From NCBI GenBank assembly GCA_903915655.1, contig CAIWTU010000039.1:24113-88112 (forward strand): a DNA stretch of 64,000 bases. Reading direction: 5' to 3'. Each line of letters begins with the position of its first letter. Position 1 is the first letter of the stretch. Under the pieces are notes generated by a model. It saw only the letters and a program-made list of their open reading frames with translations. It was not told the DNA's origin and made no database searches. Of this stretch, positions 36,633 through 45,806 are shown one piece after another. The stretch is from an uncultured Geobacter sp. GTDB lineage: Bacteria > Desulfobacterota > Desulfuromonadia > Geobacterales > Geobacteraceae. The translations under genes were made by a program, and so were the position numbers.

Positions 36633-38069
36633 TCAAGAGAGAAATTTGGCAGCCCTGTGCAGTGCCTGATCGAGATCGGCAATAATGTCGGCTGGATGTT
36701 CGGCTCCCACGCTGAGGCGAACCATGTTCGGAGGGATGTTTGCCAGAGCCCGCCCTTCATCTCCCTGCTGTTGATGGGTAGATATCGCCGGTATGGTGGC
36801 AACGCTTTTTATCCGGCCCAGATCTGTCGCCCGCCATATGCGCTGAAGTCCATCGAAAAAGAGTCGGGTCTTTTCTATCCCCCCCTTGACGCAGAATGAG
36901 AGGAGATGCCCATACCTGTTGATCGGCCTGCCATACTGTTCGTCGTGTTCCGCATCCACCAGCCACATGTACCGGCTGGCGAGCTCGTGCAACGGATGAT
37001 TGGGGAGACCCAGGTATTGAACAGATTCAATCATCGGGTGGCGCTCGAGGAATAGGGCGACCTCCATCGTATTGCGGCTCATAAGGTCCATCTTGGAGCG
37101 GAGCGTCCGGATGTCATTCAACGTCATAACCGCCTGCATCGGATGGAGATTAGGCCCGAAATCGCGATTTTGCTGGTACTTGATATAAAGGGAAAAATCG
37201 GTTTTTAGTTGATCGTCGTCAATGTTGGTTATAAGGTTCTTTCGGGCTATGACGGCGCCGCAGACGCCGAAGCCGCTGCTGGTGAGGCTCTTGGTGGCGG
37301 ATTGCACGACGATGTCTGCGCCGTGGCAGATGGGACGGAGTAGCGCCGGTGTTGCTATTGTGGAATCGCATATCAGGGGGATATTGTGGCTGTGTGCCAG
37401 CTCTGCTACCGCCTTGATATCGAAGAAACCGAGTTGGGGATTGCTGGGCAACTCTCCATACAGGAAACGGGTATTCCGGTCGATCTTGGAGGCCCATTCA
37501 TCGAGGTTGGTCGCGTCCAGAACCCAGCGGCATTCTACATTCTGCTCCTGCATCAGGCGAACGCTAAACTGCTGGTATGTCCCGCCGTAACACTGGACTG
37601 TAGCAACAAAATTCCGCTTTTCGGTTTTAACTTTCCCGACCTTGAGAAATGGATGTACGGCTGTCATTATGGCTGCCATTCCCGAAGAAGTGGAGCAGCA
37701 GGAGGTCTCGACGTCCCCCCCGTATCCTTCGAGCAATGCCAGGGTCCATTCGTAGTAGTAGGTCGACGGGTTGGCTATTCGTGAGTAACACCAGGCCGGG
37801 ATCTTGTAGGCGAGTGCGGCGGCCATCTCATCCGAGTCCCGAAATGCCTGGGCGGTACTCATGAAAATAGGCTCAATGATAGATCCCTGGTAGTCTTCGA
37901 TCGCATCCGTGACCGTATAAAGCCCATGGACAGCGATTGTATCGAATCTCCACTTCTTTACCACCTCGTTGATGTAGCTGTCCCGTTCCGACAGATATTT
38001 ATTGTTCTGATCGATATACCTTTGCATCCCTGCCGAGTTTACTGCGTCATTACCCTTTGACATAGTCAC
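36633..38069 (-). CDS. PLP-dependent Cys/Met-metabolism enzyme (O-acetylhomoserine/O-acetylserine sulfhydrylase-like)
   Basis: Fold-type I pattern with …DIVVQSATKSLTSSG… (PLP lysine) and …TIATPALLRP…. At 478 aa it is longer than typical MetY. Confidence 0.8.
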   Translation of the reverse strand: MTMSKGNDAVNSAGMQRYIDQNNKYLSERDSYINEVVKKWRFDTIAVHGLYTVTDAIEDYQGSIIEPIFMSTAQAFRDSDEMAAALAYKIPAWCYSRIANPSTYYYEWTLALLEGYGGDVETSCCSTSSGMAAIMTAVHPFLKVGKVKTEKRNFVATVQCYGGTYQQFSVRLMQEQNVECRWVLDATNLDEWASKIDRNTRFLYGELPSNPQLGFFDIKAVAELAHSHNIPLICDSTIATPALLRPICHGADIVVQSATKSLTSSGFGVCGAVIARKNLITNIDDDQLKTDFSLYIKYQQNRDFGPNLHPMQAVMTLNDIRTLRSKMDLMSRNTMEVALFLERHPMIESVQYLGLPNHPLHELASRYMWLVDAEHDEQYGRPINRYGHLLSFCVKGGIEKTRLFFDGLQRIWRATDLGRIKSVATIPAISTHQQQGDEGRALANIPPNMVRLSVGAEHPADIIADLDQALHRAAKFLS

Positions 38070-38121
38070 ACCCCCTGTTCAAATAACTGATGCGCGATTT
38101 TTATAAAGTCCCGGGTTGTCG

Positions 38122-39919
38122 CTACTCTGCCTCATCGAAACCGGCAATTGCCCGGAGGAACTCTGCCCCGTACTTGCCGAGCTTGTGTTGCCCGACTCCG
38201 CTTACCTGCAGCAATTCTTCGGCGGTTGAGGGACGCATGGCTGCCATCCCGGTCAGAGTGACGTCGCCGAACACTACGAACGGAGGGACCCCCTCCCTGT
38301 CGGAGATCCTTTTGCGCAGGGTGCGCAGCTCCTGGAATAGCCCCTCGTGACGCGCGGGAAGCGGCCCCTTTGCACCCCCCTTCTTTGGCGCTATTGTCTT
38401 CAGGCGGGGGCGGGCCAGGATCAGCCGCTCTTCGCCGCGCAGAAGGGGTCGAGCGGCCTCGGTAAGCCTGAGCACCGAATAGTTGGCCAGATCCTGCTCA
38501 AGAAAGCCGAGGTGCACCAGCTGGCGCAACAGACTACCCCAAGCCTCTTGAGGAAGATCCCGGCCGATGCCGAAGGTGGAAAGCCGGTCATGCCCCAGCT
38601 GCCTGATCCGCTCGCTGTTGGAACCCCGCAGCACGTCGATCAGATGCCCGGTACCGAATCTCTGCCCGACCCTGAAGACGCAGGAGAGGGCCTTGCGCGC
38701 CTCTTCCGTGGCGTCAAACCGCTCCGGGGGGAGAAGGCAGATGTCGCAGTTACCGCAGTCATCGGCTAACCGTTCGCCGAAGTAGCCGAGGAGCACCCGG
38801 CGCCGGCAGCTTTGCGCCTCGGCAAAGCCGATCATGGCATTGAGCTTGTGCAGCTCGATCCGGTTCTGTTCCTGATTTCCCCCCCCCCTGGATCAGGGCG
38901 CGGGCAACCACCACATCGCCGTAGCCGAACAGGAGGAGCGCTTCGGAGGTGAGTCCATCACGCCCGGCCCGGCCGGTTTCCTGGTAGTAGCTTTCGATGT
39001 TGCGGGGGAGATCGTAGTGGACCACGAAACGGACGTTCGGCTTGTCGATCCCCATCCCGAAGGCGACCGTTGCCACCACGATCTGCAGATCATCGCGCTG
39101 GAAAGCCTCCTGTACCCGCCGGCGCTCACGGTCGGGAAGTCCGGCATGGTAAGGCGCTGCCCGAAAGCCTGCCTCGGAGAGACGGGCCGCCACGGCATCT
39201 ACCCTTTTGCGGGAAAGAGCATAGACGATTCCTGGGTCACCGTCGCCCCGCTCCCGCAGAAAAGCCCTGAGCTGGGCGAACGGTTTCACCTTATCCGTGA
39301 CCGTATAGCGGATGTTGGGACGGTCGAACCCGGCCACGTAGCAGGTGGCGTGCTCGAGCCCGAGTTGCCGGACGATGTCGGCGCGGGTCTGGGAATCTGC
39401 GGTCGCGGTCAGGGCGATCAGCGGCACGTTGGGGAAAAGGGTGCGGAGCCGGCCAAGCTGTACATATTCGGGACGGAAGTCGTGTCCCCACTGGGAGACA
39501 CAGTGGGCCTCGTCTATGGCAAAGAGGGAGACGGGAAGTCCCTGCAGCCGCTCGATGAAAGAGTCTGTCATCAGCCGCTCCGGAGCAACGTAGAGAAGCT
39601 TGAGCCGACCGGCGTGGAGTTCGGCCAGCACCCTGCGCGACTCCTTTTCGCCTAAAGTAGAATTGTAGAAGGCTGAAGCTACGCCGTTGGCGGTCAGCGC
39701 GTCCACCTGATCCTTCATCAGGGAGATGAGGGGAGAGACAACCAGAGCCGTCCCTTCCCGGTGGAGGGCCGGGACCTGGTAGCAGAGGGATTTACCTCCC
39801 CCGGTCGGCATGAGGACAAAGGCGTCCTCCCCGCGGATGAGCCCGGTGACGATCTCCTCCTGATAGGGTCGAAAGAGAGTGTAGCCGAAGACTGTTTTCA
39901 GGGTTTCACGAATGGTCAT
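38122..39919 (-). pseudogene. recQ: ATP-dependent DNA helicase RecQ, frame broken by a 1-nt indel in a G10 (plus-strand C10) homopolymer at 38879-38888
   Basis: Upstream ORF has the DEAH helicase core (FGYTLFRPYQ…, PTGGGKSLCYQ, FAIDEAHC). Downstream ORF has …IGFAEAQSCRRRVLLGYFGE…CGNCDICL, winged-helix and HRDC regions. Removing one G restores …QGGGNQEQNRIELHKLNAMIGFAEAQ…. Confidence 0.88.
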
Positions 39920-40030
39920 GGAAACCTCGATATAAAAACCTGCACTGAGTCCGATTAATTCTTGGTCGGGGCAAAAAAGAGGCCTGCTTTCCGGCAGACC
40001 TCTTACTTCACTTTTTCGCTTTAGTAAGTG

Positions 40031-40159
40031 AGCCTCTTGCAAAAGTCCTTATCACCCTTCGACAAGCTCAGGGCGAACGGACTTTACTCCAATAGCTGGT
40101 TGCTATCCCGTTCGTGGTGAGCTTGTCGAACCATGAACGGGATACTTTTGCAAGAGGCT
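40031..40159. repeat. 129-nt imperfect palindromic intergenic (REP-like) element
   Basis: Outer perfect 16-bp inverted repeat agcctcttgcaaaagt / acttttgcaagaggct. Inner inverted repeat ttcgacaagctcagggcgaacgg / cccgttcgtggtgagcttgtcgaa. Confidence 0.7.
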
Positions 40160-40503
40160 AATCTGAATAGCATATCCTAAAATACCTTTGATTGGAAGAA
40201 CACATTGAACAAGTACGGACAAATACCGGATCTTTTTGAAGACGGGAGGGAAATCAATTTCAAGGCTTTTCTAAAGATACCGAGGGTGTCTTTGATAAAT
40301 AGAAATATATTTGTACATAAATGATAACGGATGATTTCATCATAAAATTCCTGCTTGATAACTGCATATGCGTGAAAGCGCATATGCAGAGGGGAGTCGC
40401 GGATACCATTCTGCCAGAAACGCCGAAAACTACCAATATCGGCGCTGCATCTCCGTAATTCCCGGATTAATACGAAATCATATGCCATCCCCCACTGGCG
40501 ACT

Positions 40504-40612
40504 CCGCCGGAATTCCTCCAAAGGTGCGAAAATTTAATAGAAATTCCATTGGACAAACGCAAACCAGGGCTGCTAAACTGCCGTAGGCGAGAGAATAAAT
40601 TCCTGTCCGATT
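40504..40612 (+). promoter_or_regulatory. Conserved leader-like element, copy A
   Basis: Shares CCGCCGGAATTCCTCC…ATAGAAAT..CATTGGACAAACGCAAACCAGGG..G.TA..CTGCCGTAG.CG…TCC with copies at 47989-48108 and 49468-49553. Confidence 0.5.
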
Positions 40613-40974
40613 TATCGATTAAGGAAAATTCAGAATCCATTAACTTTTTCTTGAATGGGTTCCATACAGCCAAAGAGAGTGGCATATTAGTGGGTCAGGA
40701 GGCGATCCTGGCCTTTAAGCTTCCAAAGACAGCAAAAGAAATTGATGTAGAGATCAAAAAAGCGCTGGAGAGTGGTGGCCTTTATCCGGCCAGAGCAAAG
40801 GTTTCTCAGTCTGTCCAGTGAGTGGTTTCCGGGGGGCGCTTGCTCATTGGGGGAGCGCTCACCCCTTCAGAGGGCGCCCCCCGCCAACCTAGAATTGTCT
40901 TTCTCTAAAGAGACAGGCGAAAGAAACCGGAGCATTTGCTAAATGAAGACAACTTAAAACAGGAGGCAGGAACA

Positions 40975-41427
40975 ATGAAAAAGATCGGATTAGTAATAGG
41001 CGTATTGGCTATTTTAGCGCTGTTGCCTGGCGGCGCTAAGGCTGAGTGCGTGCGGGATTGCCTGCTCACTTACAGCACCTGTCTAACTCTCTGCAGTCAA
41101 ACAGGGAAAGGGGATGATGCTGCGTGCACCGCCCACTGTCAAAAAGGACGTGACGGTTGCATCGAAAGATGTGAAGCCAATAATCGGCGGAGTGAAAATA
41201 GTACAGATCACAAAAAGGTTCAATCATCTGCGGCAAATGATTTTATGGCTAAGAATATAGTGCTTGCTTCGGGTCGTGATGACAATGATCAGCCCTGTGT
41301 TGTAGGTGGAAAATATGTTGGAAACTGCTCACTAAATAAGCCCTATTATAATGCATTCAATGGAAAATGTTTTGCAACTTTGAGTGGTTGCGGCGGAAGC
41401 TCAAGCTGTGTCCGTTGCGGTAATTGA
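40975..41427 (+). CDS. Secreted cysteine-rich protein, unknown function
   Basis: AGGAGG then ATG at 40975. Signal peptide MKKIGLVIGVLAILALLPGGAKA. The mature part has about 17 Cys in CxxxC/CxxC-like spacing. Confidence 0.65.
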   Translation: MKKIGLVIGVLAILALLPGGAKAECVRDCLLTYSTCLTLCSQTGKGDDAACTAHCQKGRDGCIERCEANNRRSENSTDHKKVQSSAANDFMAKNIVLASGRDDNDQPCVVGGKYVGNCSLNKPYYNAFNGKCFATLSGCGGSSSCVRCGN

Positions 41428-41590
41428 TTGAAAAGCAGCTCTTTTCCATACGCCCGTTGAGTATCTTTGCTCCGTAGCCCATGCGAAGGCAAACTACCTT
41501 GGTCTCCTCGGTGAGCATGAGCATGGATGGGAGGTCGTGACCGGGCCATATGGTCGCGGCTTGAGGGTAAGAAGTCGCTGCAGGAGATTA

Positions 41591-42106
41591 ATGATGACGC
41601 AAGTGGAGAGGAAATCCATGACTGAAGTGGCATATGTGACATCAGACCAAACATCACACGGCATACCGGGTAGTGCATTTGCAGGGTTGATGGAGGCGGT
41701 GCTTGAAAAGAATCTGCCCTTCCGGTTCAGCGCGTCCGGCAGCAGCATGACTCCTTTCATTCAAGACGGCGACACCATTACCGTCGCGCCTTTGCCCTTG
41801 CAGCTCAGTCCGGGCGATGTAGTGGCATTTGTCAATCTGCACAGTAATCAGCTGATGATTCATCGCATAATTCATGCTTCACCGGCAGGATATCTTATCA
41901 AAGGTGATAATAACAGAGTGCCCGATGGGCTGATGCCTGCATCGAGTATTATCGGCCATGTTTTCCGAGTAGTGCGACGGGGCCGGCAGGTGCGGCTTGG
42001 TCTCGGTATCGAACGCTTCTTAATTGCATGGCTCTCAAATCGCTGCTGGTTGACGCAGTTACTATCAATGGGGCTGCGCATCACAAAACAGGTCTATCGT
42101 CCATGA
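41591..42106 (+). CDS. S24/S26 (signal-peptidase-I-like) serine peptidase
   Basis: SGSSMTPFIQDGD (nucleophile Ser) and IKGDNN (general-base Lys / GDN box). C-terminal hydrophobic segment. Confidence 0.7.
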   Translation: MMTQVERKSMTEVAYVTSDQTSHGIPGSAFAGLMEAVLEKNLPFRFSASGSSMTPFIQDGDTITVAPLPLQLSPGDVVAFVNLHSNQLMIHRIIHASPAGYLIKGDNNRVPDGLMPASSIIGHVFRVVRRGRQVRLGLGIERFLIAWLSNRCWLTQLLSMGLRITKQVYRP

Positions 42107-42293
42107 CACAGCTTGTCGAGGTCATCGCCATTTTGGGTTTTCCGCTCCGGGCGCCCGGTACGACCTTCGACCTGCGCCGGGGGACGCTTCGCGAGGGGTG
42201 GAAATCTTTTGTACCGAAGGTGCGTGACATCCGTTCCCGGAGGAGGGAGTATCTGGAAAATTGCCGGGCATGCCCGGAATTACCCGACAAGCG

Positions 42294-44153
42294 ATGAAAG
42301 ATCATCCTTCGATTTTTGTACGGCTGCGTCAGCAGGCCCCCTATATTCCGAAGACCATGCGGCTTATCTGGCGTGCATCGGGGGTATGGATGGTCGCATG
42401 GCTCATGCTTCTGCTGCTGCAGGGCGCACTTCCGGTAGCCCTTGTCTATATGACCCGGCATGTCGTTGACACCATTTCTGGCATTGCCGTAAAGAGCGGC
42501 ATGGGCGGCAGCATCTTGTTGCCACTTGTCACTCTGGGTCTTTTGCTGCTCGCCGGACAGATTTTTCTGAGCACAGGCCAATGGGTGCGCACCATCCAGA
42601 GCAATCGCATCCAGGATTATATGTCCGGCCTGATCCACGTTCAGGTTATGGCGGTGGACCTGAGTTTTTATGATTCCTCGGTCTATTACGACCGGCTGCA
42701 CCGGGCAAGGATGGATGCCATGACCCGCCCGCTTGCCCTTCTTGAGGGGATGGGCAGCCTTTGTCAGAACGCTATTACCCTTGCCGGTATGGCCGCCCTG
42801 CTTTTTTCGTACTCCTTCTGGATACCGATCCTGCTTTTTACTGGCACAGCTCCAGCTCTCTGGGCCACCGTCCGTTATGCCGGACGGTTGAACGATTGGC
42901 TGCGCAGTAATACCGTAGAAGAGCGTCGCTGCGAATATTATGATTGGCTGCTTACCATGCGGGATGCGGCCCAGGAGCTTCGGTTCTTTGATCTTGGCGC
43001 TCACTACCGCTTTGCGTATCAGCGACTGCGGGCTCGTCTGAGAAATGAGAAGGAGCGGCTGGAAAAAGGAAGGTTTCTGAGCGAACTCGTGGCCGGTGTT
43101 TTGGCCCTCCTGACAACAGCCTTGGCCATGCTCTGGATGATCTTTCGGACCATAGCCGGCAAGGCAGGCGTTGGCGACATTGTGCTCTTTTACCAGGCTT
43201 TCGGGCAGGGGCAGCGGCTTATGGCAAACCTGCTGCGTAATACCGGCGAGATATATCAGAACGTGCTCTTTCTTGAAAACCTTTTCGAACTGCTTGAAAC
43301 GAAGCCAAAGCTCTGCGATCCGGAAAATCCGTTGCCGGTGCCAAACTTGAATGAGGATCTCCGGTTCGAAAACATAGAGTTCCGATATCCCGGGAGTGAG
43401 CGGACCATTCTGAAAGAGTTCAATCTCACCATGAAGGCGGGGGAGATCGCTGCCATCGTCGGTGAAAACGGCGAAGGGAAATCAACCCTAATTAAGTTGC
43501 TCTGCCGGTTCTACGATCCTGACAAAGGCCGTATCACGGTCGACGGTAGTGACATCCGGGAGTTGAGCCAAGTAGAGTGGCGCGGGCAGATCACCGTACT
43601 TTTCCAGGAGCCTGTGCGCTACCACGTATCCGCCTCTGAAAATATCGCCCACGGCAATATTGCCGGCAATCCTACGCAAGAGAGTATCGAAAAGGCTGCT
43701 GAAGCATCCGGCGCCTTTGATCTCATCGAGCGCCTGCCCGAAGGGTTTCAGACGGTTCTCGGCAAATGGTTCGGCGGCGCTGAGCTGAGCGCGGGGGAGT
43801 GGCAAAGGGTTGCTCTGGCCAGGGCCTTTCTGCGACGTGCCAGGCTGATCATCCTTGATGAGCCGACAAGCATGCTTGACGTCTGGTCTGAAGCGAGGTG
43901 GTTTTCACGGTTCCGGACACTTGCCGCCGGAAACACCGTGCTCATCATCAGCCATCGTCTCACGACGATCATGCAGGCAGATGTGATTCACGTTATGCAG
44001 GGGGGCCGAATCACCGAATCGGGGCGTCACGAAGAGCTGCTGAACAAGCATGGGCGTTACAGTGAGGCGTGGGAAAGCCAAAAGTCGCGACCCTGCTTTG
44101 ACACGCGAGGGAGCTGTACGGGTCATGGCGATTGTACTGCGGCGCCGGTCTGA
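42294..44153 (+). CDS. ABC exporter, fused permease and ATPase (no C39 peptidase domain)
   Basis: Six-TM N-terminal half. Walker A GENGEGKST, signature LSAGEWQR, Walker B LIILDEPTS. Confidence 0.87.
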   Translation: MKDHPSIFVRLRQQAPYIPKTMRLIWRASGVWMVAWLMLLLLQGALPVALVYMTRHVVDTISGIAVKSGMGGSILLPLVTLGLLLLAGQIFLSTGQWVRTIQSNRIQDYMSGLIHVQVMAVDLSFYDSSVYYDRLHRARMDAMTRPLALLEGMGSLCQNAITLAGMAALLFSYSFWIPILLFTGTAPALWATVRYAGRLNDWLRSNTVEERRCEYYDWLLTMRDAAQELRFFDLGAHYRFAYQRLRARLRNEKERLEKGRFLSELVAGVLALLTTALAMLWMIFRTIAGKAGVGDIVLFYQAFGQGQRLMANLLRNTGEIYQNVLFLENLFELLETKPKLCDPENPLPVPNLNEDLRFENIEFRYPGSERTILKEFNLTMKAGEIAAIVGENGEGKSTLIKLLCRFYDPDKGRITVDGSDIRELSQVEWRGQITVLFQEPVRYHVSASENIAHGNIAGNPTQESIEKAAEASGAFDLIERLPEGFQTVLGKWFGGAELSAGEWQRVALARAFLRRARLIILDEPTSMLDVWSEARWFSRFRTLAAGNTVLIISHRLTTIMQADVIHVMQGGRITESGRHEELLNKHGRYSEAWESQKSRPCFDTRGSCTGHGDCTAAPV

Positions 44154-44351
44154 AAGACGCAGTTAAATGGACCGAGCAGTTCACCCTATCTGGAGATGCA
44201 GGATAGCAACAGTGGTGCCGAAAAAATAGTGCGGGACGTGCCGGATAGTGGCAATTCTCCGGTCGAAATATTCCCTTGACATACAATTGAGGTTTATGAT
44301 CTGCTTTCAAAGTAACTTCTTATCTAAAATATCAAAAAACGGAGGTGCATA

Positions 44352-44534
44352 ATGAAAAAGGGCAAAAAGAGTTGGGAAACTCCCCAGTTGATCGCCATTA
44401 CACGCCAGCAGCCGAGGGCAAATGTGCTATCTGCATGCAAATCGGGCTATTCCGCTGGGTCGAATGAGTCCAATGGCAACTGCTATTCGGTTGGTACTAC
44501 ATGTGAAACCTGCAGTTCCCGGCCAAGTTCGTGA
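44352..44534 (+). CDS. Candidate ribosomal peptide precursor (60 aa; basic W-x-x-P-x-L leader, Cys/Ser/Thr/Gly-rich core)
   Basis: GGAGG sits 6 nt upstream of the ATG. MKKGKKSWETPQLIAITRQQPRANVLSACK leader-like half, then SGYSAGSNESNGNCYSVGTTCETCSSRPSS. Confidence 0.55.
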   Translation: MKKGKKSWETPQLIAITRQQPRANVLSACKSGYSAGSNESNGNCYSVGTTCETCSSRPSS

Positions 44535-44624
44535 CGCCAAAAGTCTATGGGTAGAGGGATAGATGTAGCCTGTCGGCAAAATGTCCAATCTTTGCATCCC
44601 ATGCTGTAATCAGAGGAGAATAAG

Positions 44625-44975
44625 ATGAAAAAAGAGACCATCGAAGCTGGAGTAACCACCACTTCTGTAGAAACCCCAGCGGAAGCATCAGCTCAAGAAA
44701 CCCTGCACGGTCGCTCCGTCTTTGCCATCGAGATGACCGCCTCCGGACTCTCCGTTCGCACCGTCTTCCTGAGCGACCAGAACCAACTCATCGAAATGCC
44801 GGCGCTATTCCCGGATGTGCATTATGCTCTGTCCCAGATTGACGAGCTGCGCCGCATGGTCATGGAGCGTTTTGCCGAGGCGGCGCAGATCGGCGCACAG
44901 GTTATCGCAGCGCAGGCTGCTGAGCAGAACCTGAAAACAGCAGGAAAGCGGCGATTTTCAGAAGCGCCAGCTTGA
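44625..44975 (+). CDS. Hypothetical protein
   Basis: Good RBS (GAGGAG). 116 aa, no recognisable motif. Confidence 0.45.
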   Translation: MKKETIEAGVTTTSVETPAEASAQETLHGRSVFAIEMTASGLSVRTVFLSDQNQLIEMPALFPDVHYALSQIDELRRMVMERFAEAAQIGAQVIAAQAAEQNLKTAGKRRFSEAPA

Positions 44976-45290
44976 TGCCGTAGATGGGCGCCTCAGCAAT
45001 AAGATTGATGCCATGTCCGCCGATCTGAAGGCTCACCGGGCTGACACCGAGGCTCATCATGGGGTGTATTTGGTGAAGGAAGGTTGAGGAAATTGGTACG
45101 GGCGGCGGGAGTTAGAATCAAATCATACAATTGTCCGTTTAGCATCACTTTGCGCCAGAGAGAGTCTTTGACATTTTCGTTGTTGTGATATAGAACATAT
45201 GGAAGCATCTGAAAGAGCCAAACCTCGAGTAATCGCGGGACGGAAAGCCACGGGTCCCCAAGGGACGGCCGGGTTGCCGGATGAAACAGT

Positions 45291-45677
45291 TTGAAGACCG
45301 GAGACCAGGGCCCGCGGCGAGACGTAGCGGGCCTCTTTTTTTTCAGCGGGGCCGAATCGGGCGCTGCTAAATTTGTTTCCGGCCGATTCACCGAGGCAAA
45401 ATTACTGATTATATCGCAACCGGTGTCAGCATCGTTTATCTACCCAATTCCTGAAAGCACTTTCAGCCATAGCAACCCAACGGCGCAAGTTGCCCTGGAA
45501 GCACGGATGGCTTACGGTTCGCCACTTCCGGCATGGATGTCGTTTGATCCTGTCCGCAAGGTTATAATGGGGACACCACCAGAAGGTGCTACGGGTGGAT
45601 TTGAGATCAGAATCACAGCCAAAGACCAGTTTGGCGGTGAGGCGCAGACGTTCCTTAAGATAACTGTCGGGATGTAA
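45291..45677 (+). CDS. Possible remnant encoding a single dystroglycan-type cadherin-like/putative-Ig domain
   Basis: The C-terminal 80 aa (…GSPLPAWMSFDPVRKVIMGTPPEGATGGFEIRITAKDQFGGEAQTFLKITV) match the LPxWLxFD…GTP…G.Y.I.V.A.D pattern. The N-terminal part looks non-coding and there is no RBS. Confidence 0.35.
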   Translation: MKTGDQGPRRDVAGLFFFSGAESGAAKFVSGRFTEAKLLIISQPVSASFIYPIPESTFSHSNPTAQVALEARMAYGSPLPAWMSFDPVRKVIMGTPPEGATGGFEIRITAKDQFGGEAQTFLKITVGM

Positions 45678-45806
45678 CTTTGACGGCCTTTTGGTTATTT
45701 GATGGGGTAATGATGAGGGAAACTGGCAGATGATGAGGCACTTGGCGACATGGTGGTGCGGATCAAAAAGATTTCCGGCATCGGTTAACGCAACCTTATC
45801 GCAACG

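Noticed and set aside
40540-40600. Identification of the three-copy leader element as a GEMM-I (c-di-GMP/cGAMP) riboswitch
   Set aside because: Only the ACGCAAAcc and GTAGG stretches resemble GEMM-I. I could not build the GNRA-capped P1b hairpin or the P2 receptor hairpin, and copy B diverges exactly in those stretches. It is kept as an unnamed conserved element.
40177-40821. ORFs at 40177-40521 (minus strand, 114 aa), 40368-40586, 40467-40685 and 40549-40821 (plus strand, 90 aa)
   Set aside because: They overlap each other and the conserved leader element, and lack RBSs and motifs. The C-terminal about 55 codons of 40549-40821 might be a real small gene (possible TTG start near 40651), but the support is insufficient.
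40831-40882. GC-rich inverted repeat (ggggggcgc … gcgcccccc) as a terminator
   Set aside because: It has a 9-bp stem but a roughly 34-nt loop and no following T-run. It may be structural or REP-like, but it cannot be called a terminator.
42081-43004. 307-aa minus-strand ORF
   Set aside because: It lies antisense to the ABC exporter permease region. It is Gly/Pro/His-rich low-complexity sequence with no RBS.
44993-45391. 132-aa minus-strand ORF
   Set aside because: It has no RBS or motif, and it overlaps the equally weak 45291-45677 ORF. The region looks like decayed sequence around a cadherin-like domain remnant.
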